From a virus, in the IMG/VR virus record IMGVR_UViG_3300021962_000082, positions 6,475 through 70,474 of that record: a stretch of 64,000 nt of DNA; one strand, 5' to 3'. The position numbers were made by a program, and so were the translations under genes. Shown in pieces: positions 39,121-48,983 of the stretch (position 1 is the stretch's first letter; each line of letters starts with the position of its first letter). Under the pieces are notes generated by a model. The model worked only from the letters and a program-made list of their open reading frames with translations, was not told the origin of the DNA and did no database searches.

Positions 39121-41072
39121 TGGCTGCCTTGCTGTCTCCACTGCAACTACAAGCAGGCGCTACACTATTTCAAAATCAAGGAATAGGCGTTGCACCTGGT
39201 GTAACCACAGCAGTAGCTAACTATACAGCATTGCCGTTGTTGGGTAACTTACTGGCAACAATCAATGACGCTGGTTCATTGCCAGAAAGTACGCAAACAC
39301 TACTGCAAACATTTGCTGGCAACATTGCTAACAGTTGCCCCGCACTGGCCGATTCCATTGTGCTAGGCACCAACGCAACTGTATCCACAACACTGACTGA
39401 TCCGGGCATGAGTGGTGTTATTACACTAACTGCTGACGCTTATCTTGGCAATGGTGATGTTAGTAAGTTTTCACAAATTTTTACAAGCGCAGTCGGCTAT
39501 GCTGATTCGACTAATGCCTTCATTAATAGTGCTGTAAATGCAGGAACATACTTAGCAGATACATTCACTAACATGAACAGCCTAACTACCGGCGGATTAA
39601 CAGATGTAAATCTTGCCACACAAGCTATGGGCGATGATTTGGCCAATGCTGGTTATTGGATTGACTTGTCCAATCTTGAAAATTATGGCACACCCTTAGC
39701 ACTGGCACAACAAATTTCGCGCCGCGCAGGTACGATATCTCCACTATTTGGTCTGTTGGCTGGTGTTGGTATGAGCGAAAACGATATACTAAATCTCAAC
39801 GATAACACTTTGATTGTTACTGATGACGTACAAAAAGCTATGTATCAGGCATTCACCAAAGTAACAGGCACTGAGTTAGAGCAAATACTACAAATATTAG
39901 AAATATGGACACCTAATATTAATACATTAGCAGATTTGCTAAATCCAGCGGCGATGTTACCCAACAGTTATCCATCACTAACCACAACAACAGTTGAAGG
40001 ACTACGGGGCATTTACATAACACCCGAACCACAACCACCATTTAGAACCTTAGAGCAAGAAGCGACTGACCGCGTAGTTGAACGCCCACTGGCATGTGAA
40101 ATACGACAAAGTGAAAACTTGACAACACCGTCTACCAATACCCGGTCTGGGGTTTATTACACAGTAAACACTAGTATAGAGCCAATTCTTCCTATAGTTG
40201 GTATTAGCATTGAACGGCTAGCCATTATCACAGATCCAGGACTGGCACTGGCCAATAAAGCATTTGCTACATCACTAATGCAAATTACCAATGTTAGTAG
40301 AATGACATTGCCGCAACTGGCCGCTGCATTTTTGGCCGCTGAAACAAACACTGACTTGCCTGATATTGAATCTCAAACTCAAGCAGTTCCACAAGCAGAT
40401 TTAGATTACTATAAAAATACATTTGCCAATGGTACAGGCGAAAACGGAACCATACTGATAACAGACATTCTTGGCACAGCGGTTGGCACTAACATTGTTG
40501 AAAACTTAAATAATTCAGTTACCGTTATCAACTCATTATACAACGCCGGTGAGTTAAACGACTTGATTGTTATCTATAATGACATGTATGGCAACGTAAC
40601 TAATAATGCAGTTATACTGACATTAATTGGTGACGCACAAACAGAGATTGACAACATTATCACAGCCAATCCAACAGAAACTACTAATCTCAACACTTAC
40701 TTCTCGGCTATTAGTCAACAGATCACTCGTGAAACAGGATTTCAAAATACAGCCGCAATAGAAGTTGGCAATGTGTTGGCCAGCCAAACATCTACACAAA
40801 GCCTGGTGTTCTCATTACCCTCATATGGCACAGACACCAAAGAAGGCGGCACAGCACAATACCTTGAAAGCATTGCTGATATTTCAACAGCAGGTGGCCA
40901 AGCAATTGTTGCTACACTAAGAGAAGGACGAAGCGGTGTAGGATTGGCTGGCACAGGCGTAGGTACACAAGCAAATGCAGTACCTGACGAGCCTCCAGAG
41001 TTACCACCACAAGCTAATTTATTGCCATCAATTGTGAGCGAAAGCGCCGCAAGATCGCGTGTAGTTTACTAA
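39120..41072 (+). CDS. probable baseplate/tail-associated protein
   Basis: 650 aa, coupled to PAAR in a late operon. Confidence 0.55.
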   Translation: MAALLSPLQLQAGATLFQNQGIGVAPGVTTAVANYTALPLLGNLLATINDAGSLPESTQTLLQTFAGNIANSCPALADSIVLGTNATVSTTLTDPGMSGVITLTADAYLGNGDVSKFSQIFTSAVGYADSTNAFINSAVNAGTYLADTFTNMNSLTTGGLTDVNLATQAMGDDLANAGYWIDLSNLENYGTPLALAQQISRRAGTISPLFGLLAGVGMSENDILNLNDNTLIVTDDVQKAMYQAFTKVTGTELEQILQILEIWTPNINTLADLLNPAAMLPNSYPSLTTTTVEGLRGIYITPEPQPPFRTLEQEATDRVVERPLACEIRQSENLTTPSTNTRSGVYYTVNTSIEPILPIVGISIERLAIITDPGLALANKAFATSLMQITNVSRMTLPQLAAAFLAAETNTDLPDIESQTQAVPQADLDYYKNTFANGTGENGTILITDILGTAVGTNIVENLNNSVTVINSLYNAGELNDLIVIYNDMYGNVTNNAVILTLIGDAQTEIDNIITANPTETTNLNTYFSAISQQITRETGFQNTAAIEVGNVLASQTSTQSLVFSLPSYGTDTKEGGTAQYLESIADISTAGGQAIVATLREGRSGVGLAGTGVGTQANAVPDEPPELPPQANLLPSIVSESAARSRVVY

Positions 41073-41090
41073 TTGTTGCTAAAAAACAAC

Positions 41091-41122
41091 AAAAAATGCC
41101 CCAATTTTTGGGGTGTTTTTTT
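41091..41122 (+). terminator. rho-independent terminator
   Basis: ATGCCCCAA-ttt-TTGGGGTGT flanked by A and T runs. Confidence 0.75.
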
Positions 41123-41134
41123 GGCGAAAAACGG

Positions 41135-41163
41135 TTGACCCAAAATGGCTCATTTGCTATAAT
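41135..41163 (+). promoter_or_regulatory. sigma70-type early promoter (copy of 8947)
   Basis: TTGACC-17 nt-TATAAT. Confidence 0.85.
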
Positions 41164-41195
41164 AATGGCATAGGGTAACAAAACAGGAGTTCTAA

Positions 41196-41549
41196 ATGGC
41201 TTATGTATCCCAGGAAATGAAAGCAAAGTTGGCACCCACTATCAAATCTGTGCTGAAAAAGTACAAGATGAAGGGTAGCATCAGTGTTCGCAATCACTCT
41301 ACCCTTGTTGTCAATGTGTCCCAAGGTCCCATTGACTTTGGTAAGGATGACTACATCCAAGTCAACACCTATTGGATTCATGACCACTACGAAGGCAAAG
41401 CCAAGAAGTTTCTCACCGAATTGGTTGATGCTATGAAGGGTCCTGACTTCTTTGACCACAGTGATCCGCAAACGGATTATTTCCACCGTAGCCATTACGT
41501 TGACGTCAACATTGGCAAGTGGAACAAACCCTACGCACTGGTGAAATAA
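41196..41549 (+). CDS. early hypothetical protein
   Basis: CAGGAG SD; D.SD.QTDYF...Y...NIG.W.KPY motif. Confidence 0.8.
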   Translation: MAYVSQEMKAKLAPTIKSVLKKYKMKGSISVRNHSTLVVNVSQGPIDFGKDDYIQVNTYWIHDHYEGKAKKFLTELVDAMKGPDFFDHSDPQTDYFHRSHYVDVNIGKWNKPYALVK

Positions 41550-41551
41550 TT

Positions 41552-41743
41552 ATGAACTTTGAAATTATCGCTCTTAGACACGCTGAAGCTTGTGCCGTTG
41601 AAGGTGCTTACTTTTACGAAGGCAGCATGTTTTTCAACAAGGAGTTGACGGAGGCGGATGCAGTTGATGAGTTCCGTCTGCTGTATCCCAACACCATAGT
41701 AAGCCCGGTAGGTCGGGAAGCTGTTTTTGATTTTGTGGATTAA
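41552..41743 (+). CDS. small early hypothetical protein
   Basis: MNFEII start 2 nt after previous stop. Confidence 0.6.
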   Translation: MNFEIIALRHAEACAVEGAYFYEGSMFFNKELTEADAVDEFRLLYPNTIVSPVGREAVFDFVD

Positions 41744-41754
41744 AGGAAAGCATT

Positions 41755-42033
41755 ATGGGCAAGTCTATTAAAATTCAAATGTTTTCAGATCCCGGGCACG
41801 GTTGGGCTCGTTTTCCTAAAGAGCGCCTGGCTAAGTTGGGCATCGTTGACAAAATCAGCTCTTACAGTTATGAACGCAATGGTATGGCATATCTTGAAGA
41901 GGACTGTGATCTTACCATCCTGATTAATGCGCTCAAAGGTGCAGGCTATACTGACATCAAGTTCAACGAGTCTGTTACCAACAAATCGAGCAAGATTCGG
42001 AGTTATTTCCGTTATGTCCAATATGTCGCGTAA
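41755..42033 (+). CDS. early hypothetical protein
   Basis: DPGHGW and YLEEDCD motifs; AAGGA SD. Confidence 0.75.
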   Translation: MGKSIKIQMFSDPGHGWARFPKERLAKLGIVDKISSYSYERNGMAYLEEDCDLTILINALKGAGYTDIKFNESVTNKSSKIRSYFRYVQYVA

Positions 42034-42262
42034 GCACTATTTCCTCGAAGTTATGCAATGGGGTGGTGCCACCAATATTATTTTGGGGCATGTATTGAAC
42101 GCCGTTGGACCCAGTGTTTATCCTTACAACATAATTGCATTTTTCATTGGTACCATTATGTTTTTGACTTGGGCAGTGATCATTGCTAACAAGCCGCAAA
42201 TTACGGTAAATTTTGTGTCCATAGTAATTGGCACAATTGGTTTGGTCAAAGCATTTGCCTAA
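42023..42262 (+). CDS. small multi-TM membrane protein
   Basis: Three hydrophobic segments; probable start MSRKHY. Confidence 0.65.
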   Translation: MSRKHYFLEVMQWGGATNIILGHVLNAVGPSVYPYNIIAFFIGTIMFLTWAVIIANKPQITVNFVSIVIGTIGLVKAFA

Positions 42263-42268
42263 ATAACT

Positions 42269-42297
42269 TTGACAATAATTTATAAATTTGTTATAAT
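42269..42297 (+). promoter_or_regulatory. consensus sigma70 promoter
   Basis: TTGACA-17 nt-TATAAT with TG extension. Confidence 0.9.
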
Positions 42298-42328
42298 AGA
42301 CACATGCATAGCATAACAGGAGTGGAAA

Positions 42329-42499
42329 ATGTCGCGTTTTAAAGATCTTATTATGGACATTCAGGAACATCTTGAATCTGGTGAGTTGACTTACAAGCAA
42401 ATTGCTGAAAAGTTTGATGTCACTGTTGACTTTGTTAGTCAAGTTAATCTTGATCTAATGAGTCCAAACGAAAATTCTGGTTATTGGATCGAGGAGTAA
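42329..42499 (+). CDS. 56-aa HTH-like protein (absent from ORF track)
   Basis: CAGGAG SD; MSRFKDLIMDIQEHLESGELTYKQIAEKFDVTVDFVSQV.. Confidence 0.7.
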   Translation: MSRFKDLIMDIQEHLESGELTYKQIAEKFDVTVDFVSQVNLDLMSPNENSGYWIEE

Positions 42500-42502
42500 T
42501 AG

Positions 42503-42736
42503 ATGATGAGTAAACTAACGCTATTTGGTCGTCCGTATGTGGTTTTTGATGCTGCCAATAAACAGCATCGTCAATGGTTTGCAGATTTTAATCGTCGTAG
42601 AAGCTGGGGCGATTGCCCAGTAAGGTTTTATGTTAACGACGATGTCGGCGACCTTGTAACACAAATTCAACGTGAGCTCATTGAGTATTATGTTGGAAGC
42701 GAGTTTACCAAGCCAAGTAAACGCAAAGCCGCATAA
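42503..42736 (+). CDS. hypothetical protein
   Basis: GAGGAG SD; FDA.N..HR, SWG.CPVRF. Confidence 0.75.
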   Translation: MMSKLTLFGRPYVVFDAANKQHRQWFADFNRRRSWGDCPVRFYVNDDVGDLVTQIQRELIEYYVGSEFTKPSKRKAA

Positions 42737-42758
42737 TTTTGTTTCATTGGAGTAGTCA

Positions 42759-42929
42759 ATGAAGCGCACATGGAAAATCACTCTTGGTCCCGAGGAGATG
42801 GCAACGTTTGTTGCTGGCATGCAAAAAATACAAGAGCAAATGATCGAGTTGTTGGTTAAAGCACGAGCACGTGATGGATATCCCGAAGCGCGGGCAGTTA
42901 TCAAACGCATCCAAAAAAAGGAGCAGTAA
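42759..42929 (+). CDS. 56-aa hypothetical protein (absent from ORF track)
   Basis: GGAG SD; MKRTWKITLGPEEMATF..; fills the gap between neighbours. Confidence 0.55.
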   Translation: MKRTWKITLGPEEMATFVAGMQKIQEQMIELLVKARARDGYPEARAVIKRIQKKEQ

Positions 42930-42930
42930 C

Positions 42931-43083
42931 ATGACCTTTCGGCAGTTTGTAAATAATCTGTGGTATCAGCACATAGACGAAATTGAATATTTTGAAAAAC
43001 ATTTACCAAACTATAATCGGTCCGAATGGTTTGCGCGAGTGCGTTGGTGGCTGCGTCAAGAATACAGAAAATCTAAACAGTAA
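42931..43083 (+). CDS. 50-aa hypothetical protein
   Basis: AAGGAG SD before MTFRQFV. Confidence 0.7.
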   Translation: MTFRQFVNNLWYQHIDEIEYFEKHLPNYNRSEWFARVRWWLRQEYRKSKQ

Positions 43084-43088
43084 ATAAT

Positions 43089-44471
43089 ATGGCTAACTTA
43101 GATTTTAGCGCCGACAAATATGAAGGGATTAAAGTGGCCGCGGATTGGATTCGAGATCTCGAGTCAAGCGACAGTCGATTACACAAAGAATCAGTAATTG
43201 AAAAAGCCTACATGGCCGCACAACTAGGCAGCTCTAGTGCCCAATGTTTTTTGTTCAACTGCTATCAAGCATACAATCCTTACTATGTGTTTGGTGTTCG
43301 CCAAGTGCCCGAAACAGAAGGGCTAGAACATCGCCCCAATCCGTGGCCTAAGTTCTGGGCCATGTGCGAAGCACTACGCACTCGAAGCTTAACAGGTCAT
43401 GCTGCCCGCGATCGCATTCTTGCGGTGGCCAATGAGTTTGACAGCGAGCAATGGAATAACATGTGCCGCCGTGTACTGATCAAAGATCTACGATGCGGTA
43501 TTAGTGAAAAAACGCTGAACAAGGTACTGGGCAAAACAGAATGGCGTATTCCTGTTTTCACTTGCCAGTTGGCCACTGATAGCGACAAACATGTGAGCAA
43601 ACTTAGGGGAAAGATGCGCATTGAACGGAAACTAGATGGCGTGCGTGTGTTAGCATTAGTTTCTCCTACTGGTGTGACCTTGTATAGTCGCAATGGCAAG
43701 CAGTTTGATAACTTTCCTGACGTGGCTAGTACACTATTTCAGTATCGTGATTACTTTGCTTTTCGCCCCAGCCAGTCTTTTGTGCTAGATGGCGAAATCA
43801 TGGGAGAAAGTTTCCAAGCACTGATGAAACAAGCACAACGCAAAAACGATATTGAAACCAAAGATATGGTTTACAATATTTTTGACGTTATTCCTTTAGA
43901 AGATTTTGAACGTGGATTTTGGAATGCACCGCTGAAGAAACGATTGCCACTCCTTGAAGCGGCACGTTCCCGTATAGAGAAGCATGCGGATTCTTTGGTT
44001 AACATACGATTTACTGATGGTATTGAAGTTGATTTGGATACTGCCGAAGGGCACGACATCATGCGTAGGTATGCAAATGATGCTGTAAATGCTGGGTATG
44101 AAGGCATTATGATCAAAGCATTGTCTGCACCTTATGAGTGCAAGCGTGGTAGTTTTTGGATGAAATGGAAACCAGTAATCACAGTAGATTTAACTATTGT
44201 GGGTTTTGAAGAAGGCACTGGTCGTAATGCTGGGCGGTTAGGTGCTATAATATGTGAAGGGGAAGATGATGGACGTAAAATTCATGTTAATGTTGGCAGT
44301 GGTTTGTCTGATAGCAATCGTGATGAGTATTGGCTCAACCGGGATAGCTTACATGGCAACTTGGTCGAAGTCGAAGCTGATGCAGTTACTCAAAATCAAG
44401 ACGGATCATACAGTTTAAGATTTCCCAGATTTGTTCGATTCCGAAGTTTCGAAGCTGGAGAAAAACTATAA
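43089..44471 (+). CDS. lig: ATP-dependent DNA ligase
   Basis: ERKLDGVR, LDGE, EGIMIK, KWK, SLRFPRF. Confidence 0.95.
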   Translation: MANLDFSADKYEGIKVAADWIRDLESSDSRLHKESVIEKAYMAAQLGSSSAQCFLFNCYQAYNPYYVFGVRQVPETEGLEHRPNPWPKFWAMCEALRTRSLTGHAARDRILAVANEFDSEQWNNMCRRVLIKDLRCGISEKTLNKVLGKTEWRIPVFTCQLATDSDKHVSKLRGKMRIERKLDGVRVLALVSPTGVTLYSRNGKQFDNFPDVASTLFQYRDYFAFRPSQSFVLDGEIMGESFQALMKQAQRKNDIETKDMVYNIFDVIPLEDFERGFWNAPLKKRLPLLEAARSRIEKHADSLVNIRFTDGIEVDLDTAEGHDIMRRYANDAVNAGYEGIMIKALSAPYECKRGSFWMKWKPVITVDLTIVGFEEGTGRNAGRLGAIICEGEDDGRKIHVNVGSGLSDSNRDEYWLNRDSLHGNLVEVEADAVTQNQDGSYSLRFPRFVRFRSFEAGEKL

Positions 44472-44483
44472 TCAAGGACAGTT

Positions 44484-44942
44484 GTGATAAAAAATGTAAA
44501 GTCTGACTATTACTTAAACTTTATTAAGGACGACCCAGTGCGTCCTCACCTGCCTACGTTTTGGCGGGTGGAACCCAACCGCGAAGTGTATGTGCTCGAG
44601 GACGACGAAACTAACGAAGTGTGCGCAATAATCTGTGTGGCATTTTGCGATCAAGTGCCCACTGACGAAGGTGAGTTAGAAAAGTTTTCCACGCCGGCGG
44701 AAGGTCAAGCCAAAGGGTCAATCGCTGTATTTTATACAGTATGGAGTTATCGTGGGGGCTCAGGGCGAGACATTGTGCTCGGTGTTGCTGACTTGATTAG
44801 AAACACTATGCCCGAAGTCAATCGCTTTGTGACACTTAGTCCAATGACTGAAATGGCACGCCGATTCCATCTTAAAAATGGTGCTGTTGTGTTGCAGGTT
44901 AATTCGACGTCGGTTAATTACGAATACAAGTTTGACCAATGA
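44484..44942 (+). CDS. GNAT-like protein resembling the malonyl-CoA decarboxylase catalytic core
   Basis: AVFYTVWS..G.G and RFVTLSP. Confidence 0.5.
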   Translation: MIKNVKSDYYLNFIKDDPVRPHLPTFWRVEPNREVYVLEDDETNEVCAIICVAFCDQVPTDEGELEKFSTPAEGQAKGSIAVFYTVWSYRGGSGRDIVLGVADLIRNTMPEVNRFVTLSPMTEMARRFHLKNGAVVLQVNSTSVNYEYKFDQ

Positions 44943-45331
44943 ATGATCAGCACGACGAATTGATACAACACCTTAAAGGCATACGAGAAATAGTAATTAA
45001 CAAATGTTATGGTGGGTTTGGAATAAGTCACGAAGCCGAATTGTTGTATCTTAAACGTGCTAGGATTGACTACACAACAAAAGATCGTACCAGCCGCGAC
45101 GAAACACAACGTTACGGACCAATAATATTTGTTGATGACAAAGAGTGGAGCGGTTACGAAATATCTCGTGACGATCCGGTGTTGATATCCGTGATCAAAG
45201 AACTAGGCCAAGACTCTTGGGGTAATTTTTCAGAATTGAAAATTATAAAAATCCCCGCCGATGTTGATTGGGACATTGAGCAGTATGATGGAGTCGAATG
45301 GGTGGTTGAAGTTCATAGAAAGTGGTACTAA
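44939..45331 (+). CDS. hypothetical phage protein
   Basis: VINKCYGGFG.S, RDDP.L, YDG.E.V.E.H..W. Confidence 0.75.
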   Translation: MNDQHDELIQHLKGIREIVINKCYGGFGISHEAELLYLKRARIDYTTKDRTSRDETQRYGPIIFVDDKEWSGYEISRDDPVLISVIKELGQDSWGNFSELKIIKIPADVDWDIEQYDGVEWVVEVHRKWY

Positions 45332-45350
45332 AAACGATAAATATTAAACT

Positions 45351-47144
45351 ATGTTTCTAAGTCTTGTAACATTACTAGTGGCATTGGGTTTGTCGGTTAT
45401 CGCAGCCTATTACTCAATTGCTGGTCTAGCGGCCATATTTGCGGCTGCTGTAGTGCCTATTATTATAATGGGTTCGGTATTAGAAGCGGCAAAAATTGTA
45501 GCAACACTATGGCTACATGAGTATTGGCGGCAAGCTCGATTCTTAATGAAGTTATACCTAGTGCCAGCAGTGGTTATGCTAATGCTGATCACTTCAATGG
45601 GCATATTTGGTTTCTTATCTAAGGCACACTCTGATCAAACACTTTCAACTGGCGACATTGGCGCCAATATTTCTTTGTATGATGAACAAATCAAAGTTGA
45701 GCGAGATAACATTGAAAATGCGCGAGCATTAATTGCGCAACTAGACGGTGTGGTTAATGCTCTTACTACTGGCCAGGATAGAACAGGCCGTCGCGCAGAT
45801 GGGTCGGAGTTTACAATTTCAAGTGCTGAACGTGCACTGACTACACGACGCAGTCAACAAAAAGATCGCGACGCATTAACTAAGAAAATTGAAGAAGCAC
45901 AAAATCGCATACTAGAATTTCAAAAGAAGAAAGCGCCTATTGCTGCTGAACAGCGGAAAGTCGAAGCCGAAGTCGGTCCCATCAAATACATTGCTGCACT
46001 TATCTACGGTGACAACCCTGATACAAATGTTTTAGAAAGGGCTGTGCGTTGGGTAATAATATTATTAGTATGTGTGTTTGATCCACTGGCTATTATGATG
46101 CTGTTAGCCGCTACTGAAAGTTTATCTTGGACTCGGCAAAAAAAACAAGCATTACTAAATTCACTGGCTCCTGCAACTGAAGCAGCGCCTAAATCTGAAA
46201 TTTATGTGGATGAGCCGCCTAATTTTGATGATGAAGAAATAGAAGAACCCAACCTTGATCACGGTACTTGCCATAAATGTGGAACTGCATTAGAGCTCGC
46301 CCCGGGCATTGGTCCTTTTTGTCCCAATCGCAATTGCGATGTTGCAGACGGCCCGTTTTTTGATGAACCCCAGCCCCACCGCCCCGAAACGCACCCATAC
46401 CTAAGAAAAGGTTTTGCTGGATTCCCCAATCATATAAAACCAATTGTTGCACCAACATCTAAGTATGAACCAGACAATGGCCTACTGACTGATGAACAGA
46501 TTAAACAAATAGCCGAAACGGCCGAAGTACCTACAACAATAAAAAAAGTAACATCAACAATACTTGATGTTCCGGAGGAGGAAAAACCCCATGATGAAGA
46601 AATTGTTAACGTTAGGCTTGCCGAACCTGAAGAAATTGAACCAGCGGTACCAGAAGTTAGTGCCCCTGCCGAAGATGAATTGGTTGACGACGATGATAGT
46701 GAATTTGACGGCATGGATGTTAACGAAAAAGCAGCAGCCCGGCGCTGGAAAGCAGTCCACCCAAATCAAACATTAAAATTTCAACGACGGTTAGTTGATC
46801 TTGGAAAAATACTCCAAGTTCCTTGGATGTCGCCCGAATACTATTACAAACTGTCCCCCGACGCTGACATGGGCAACGAAACCAACTCGGGTTTTGGTAT
46901 TGCGTTCCCACCTAATCCCAAAAAAGGTGACAGCTTCTTGCGTGTAGATCGCCTGCCCAGCTTGTTATTCAAATACAATGGTAAAATTTGGATTGAAGTT
47001 GACAAAGCACTAAATGATCGTTATGCTCACGATCAAGCATACATTGATCATCTTATTGCTAAAATTGATTCAGGTGAATATGATCCAGACTTGTTAAGTG
47101 ATGCTGAAAGAATTCAAATTGAACAACGACTAACTGGAAAATAA
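45351..47144 (+). CDS. multi-pass membrane protein with coiled coil and Zn-ribbon insert
   Basis: N-terminal TMs, coiled coil, TM at VFDPLA, CHKC..CPNRNC, acidic linker. Confidence 0.7.
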   Translation: MFLSLVTLLVALGLSVIAAYYSIAGLAAIFAAAVVPIIIMGSVLEAAKIVATLWLHEYWRQARFLMKLYLVPAVVMLMLITSMGIFGFLSKAHSDQTLSTGDIGANISLYDEQIKVERDNIENARALIAQLDGVVNALTTGQDRTGRRADGSEFTISSAERALTTRRSQQKDRDALTKKIEEAQNRILEFQKKKAPIAAEQRKVEAEVGPIKYIAALIYGDNPDTNVLERAVRWVIILLVCVFDPLAIMMLLAATESLSWTRQKKQALLNSLAPATEAAPKSEIYVDEPPNFDDEEIEEPNLDHGTCHKCGTALELAPGIGPFCPNRNCDVADGPFFDEPQPHRPETHPYLRKGFAGFPNHIKPIVAPTSKYEPDNGLLTDEQIKQIAETAEVPTTIKKVTSTILDVPEEEKPHDEEIVNVRLAEPEEIEPAVPEVSAPAEDELVDDDDSEFDGMDVNEKAAARRWKAVHPNQTLKFQRRLVDLGKILQVPWMSPEYYYKLSPDADMGNETNSGFGIAFPPNPKKGDSFLRVDRLPSLLFKYNGKIWIEVDKALNDRYAHDQAYIDHLIAKIDSGEYDPDLLSDAERIQIEQRLTGK

Positions 47145-47145
47145 C

Positions 47146-48351
47146 ATGGCCATATTAACCACGCCCACGCATTGTAATTTTTGTGATAAACACAAAGATC
47201 AAGTGGTTAAACTAATAGTAGGCAACCACGTGGGCATTTGTAATGAGTGCGTGGAATTTTGTCATGAACTGTTGAGCAAAGCAGAAAAGAACGCAAAAAA
47301 ATTAACCAACGTTTCGCTAGATCCTCGCGAAATTCATCAATTCCTTGATCAGTATGTTATAGGTCAAGATGTAGCAAAAATGATATTAAGTGTATCAATT
47401 GCCAATCATTATAAACGTATTGGCAACACTGATCCCAACAACGAAATACAAAAAGCAAACATTCTAATTACTGGTCCTACTGGTACTGGCAAAACACTGA
47501 TGGCTCGCACGGTAGCCAAGTATTTAGATGTACCGTTTGTTATTGCTGATGCTACCACGTTAACTGAAGCTGGTTATGTAGGCGATGATGTAGACAGCGT
47601 GATACAACGTTTATATCACGCAAGTGGCAATGATATAGAACGAGCACAGCGTGGCATTATTTTTCTAGATGAAGTAGATAAAATTGCTCGCAAAGGTGAA
47701 AGTTCCACGGTATCAAGAGATGTGTCAGGTGAAGGTGTACAGCAGGCTTTGCTTAAATTAATTGAAGGCACTAAATGTAAAATTCCATATCAAGGTGGCC
47801 GCAAAGGAGCCAATGGGGAAACATTTGAAATTGACACTTCAAACATGCTGTTTATTGCTGGTGGTGCTTTTGTGGGATTGGATCAAATTGTTAAAACAAG
47901 AACACAAGGAACTACTATTGGTTTTAGTTCAAAAACTACTGCACAAAAAAATGAAACAGCCGAAGCAATCTCTCCTGATGATTTAGTGCGATATGGCATG
48001 ATACCCGAGTTTGTGGGACGTTTCCCCACAGTTGTGGAATTACAAGAGCTTACTAAACCACAGTTGATTTCTGTTTTAACACAAACAAAAAATAATCTAG
48101 TGGGACAGTATAGATGGCTATTTGACCAAGACGGTGTAGCATTGGACTTTGACACTGACAGTTTAGATCTAATTGCTGAACGCACTATGATTAAAAAAAC
48201 TGGTGCACGGGGACTACACACTGAACTGGAACGCATTCTTATGCCGCACATGTACAACCTTAAAGATTATCGCTCACGCAATATCCTAAAAATAGCCATT
48301 GACAAAACGCAAGTAGTCAATCCAGTTAAATTAGAACAACAAAATTCTTAA
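47146..48351 (+). CDS. clpX: ATP-dependent Clp protease ATP-binding subunit ClpX
   Basis: C4 zinc finger, [29 protein letters not shown] loop, TGARGL. Confidence 0.95.
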   Translation: MAILTTPTHCNFCDKHKDQVVKLIVGNHVGICNECVEFCHELLSKAEKNAKKLTNVSLDPREIHQFLDQYVIGQDVAKMILSVSIANHYKRIGNTDPNNEIQKANILITGPTGTGKTLMARTVAKYLDVPFVIADATTLTEAGYVGDDVDSVIQRLYHASGNDIERAQRGIIFLDEVDKIARKGESSTVSRDVSGEGVQQALLKLIEGTKCKIPYQGGRKGANGETFEIDTSNMLFIAGGAFVGLDQIVKTRTQGTTIGFSSKTTAQKNETAEAISPDDLVRYGMIPEFVGRFPTVVELQELTKPQLISVLTQTKNNLVGQYRWLFDQDGVALDFDTDSLDLIAERTMIKKTGARGLHTELERILMPHMYNLKDYRSRNILKIAIDKTQVVNPVKLEQQNS

Positions 48352-48466
48352 CAAATTTTACCAATTATCTTTTAATTTAATGATAATTTGTGTATAATAA
48401 ATAGTATTGTAGCGCCGATGGCCGGGCTACAATTATAGTCATCTTGCTTATGAAAGGAGAAAACAA

Positions 48467-48925
48467 ATGACAAAAACTCTCGCACTTCGTAGTTTCGACA
48501 TTCCCGCACTCACCAAATTTGGTATCGGTTTTGATAACATGTTTGATGAGCTTATGCGTGTGACTGCTCAGCAATCTTCCACTAACTACCCACCCTATGA
48601 TATTGTACAAATCAATGAGGATGAGTACATGATCAGCTTGGCTGTGGCTGGTTTTGGTTCCGATAACTTGACGGTTACCAAGGAGAAAAAATTCTTGGTT
48701 ATCGAAGGCAAGCACACTCGTGAGACTGTGGAGCAGGAAGATACTAAAACAAAGTATCTACACAAAGGCATTAGCGAACGCAGCTTCCGTCGTGAATTTC
48801 AGTTAGCCGATCACGTGGACATTGTTAACGCTCACCTAGAGCTTGGCATTTTAAATGTTCACCTGAAGCGTGAAATTCCTGAAGAAGCCAAGCCAAAGTC
48901 TATTGCTATCACTTACGCAAAGTAG
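48467..48925 (+). CDS. small heat-shock protein (Hsp20/IbpA-like)
   Basis: IGFD, NYPPYDI, AVAGF, YLHKGI..RSF.R.F.L. Confidence 0.93.
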   Translation: MTKTLALRSFDIPALTKFGIGFDNMFDELMRVTAQQSSTNYPPYDIVQINEDEYMISLAVAGFGSDNLTVTKEKKFLVIEGKHTRETVEQEDTKTKYLHKGISERSFRREFQLADHVDIVNAHLELGILNVHLKREIPEEAKPKSIAITYAK

Positions 48926-48983
48926 TATAATTGTCATAAGTACAGTGGCAGCAGGTGCTGCCACTTTAAAATAAGGACATAAC

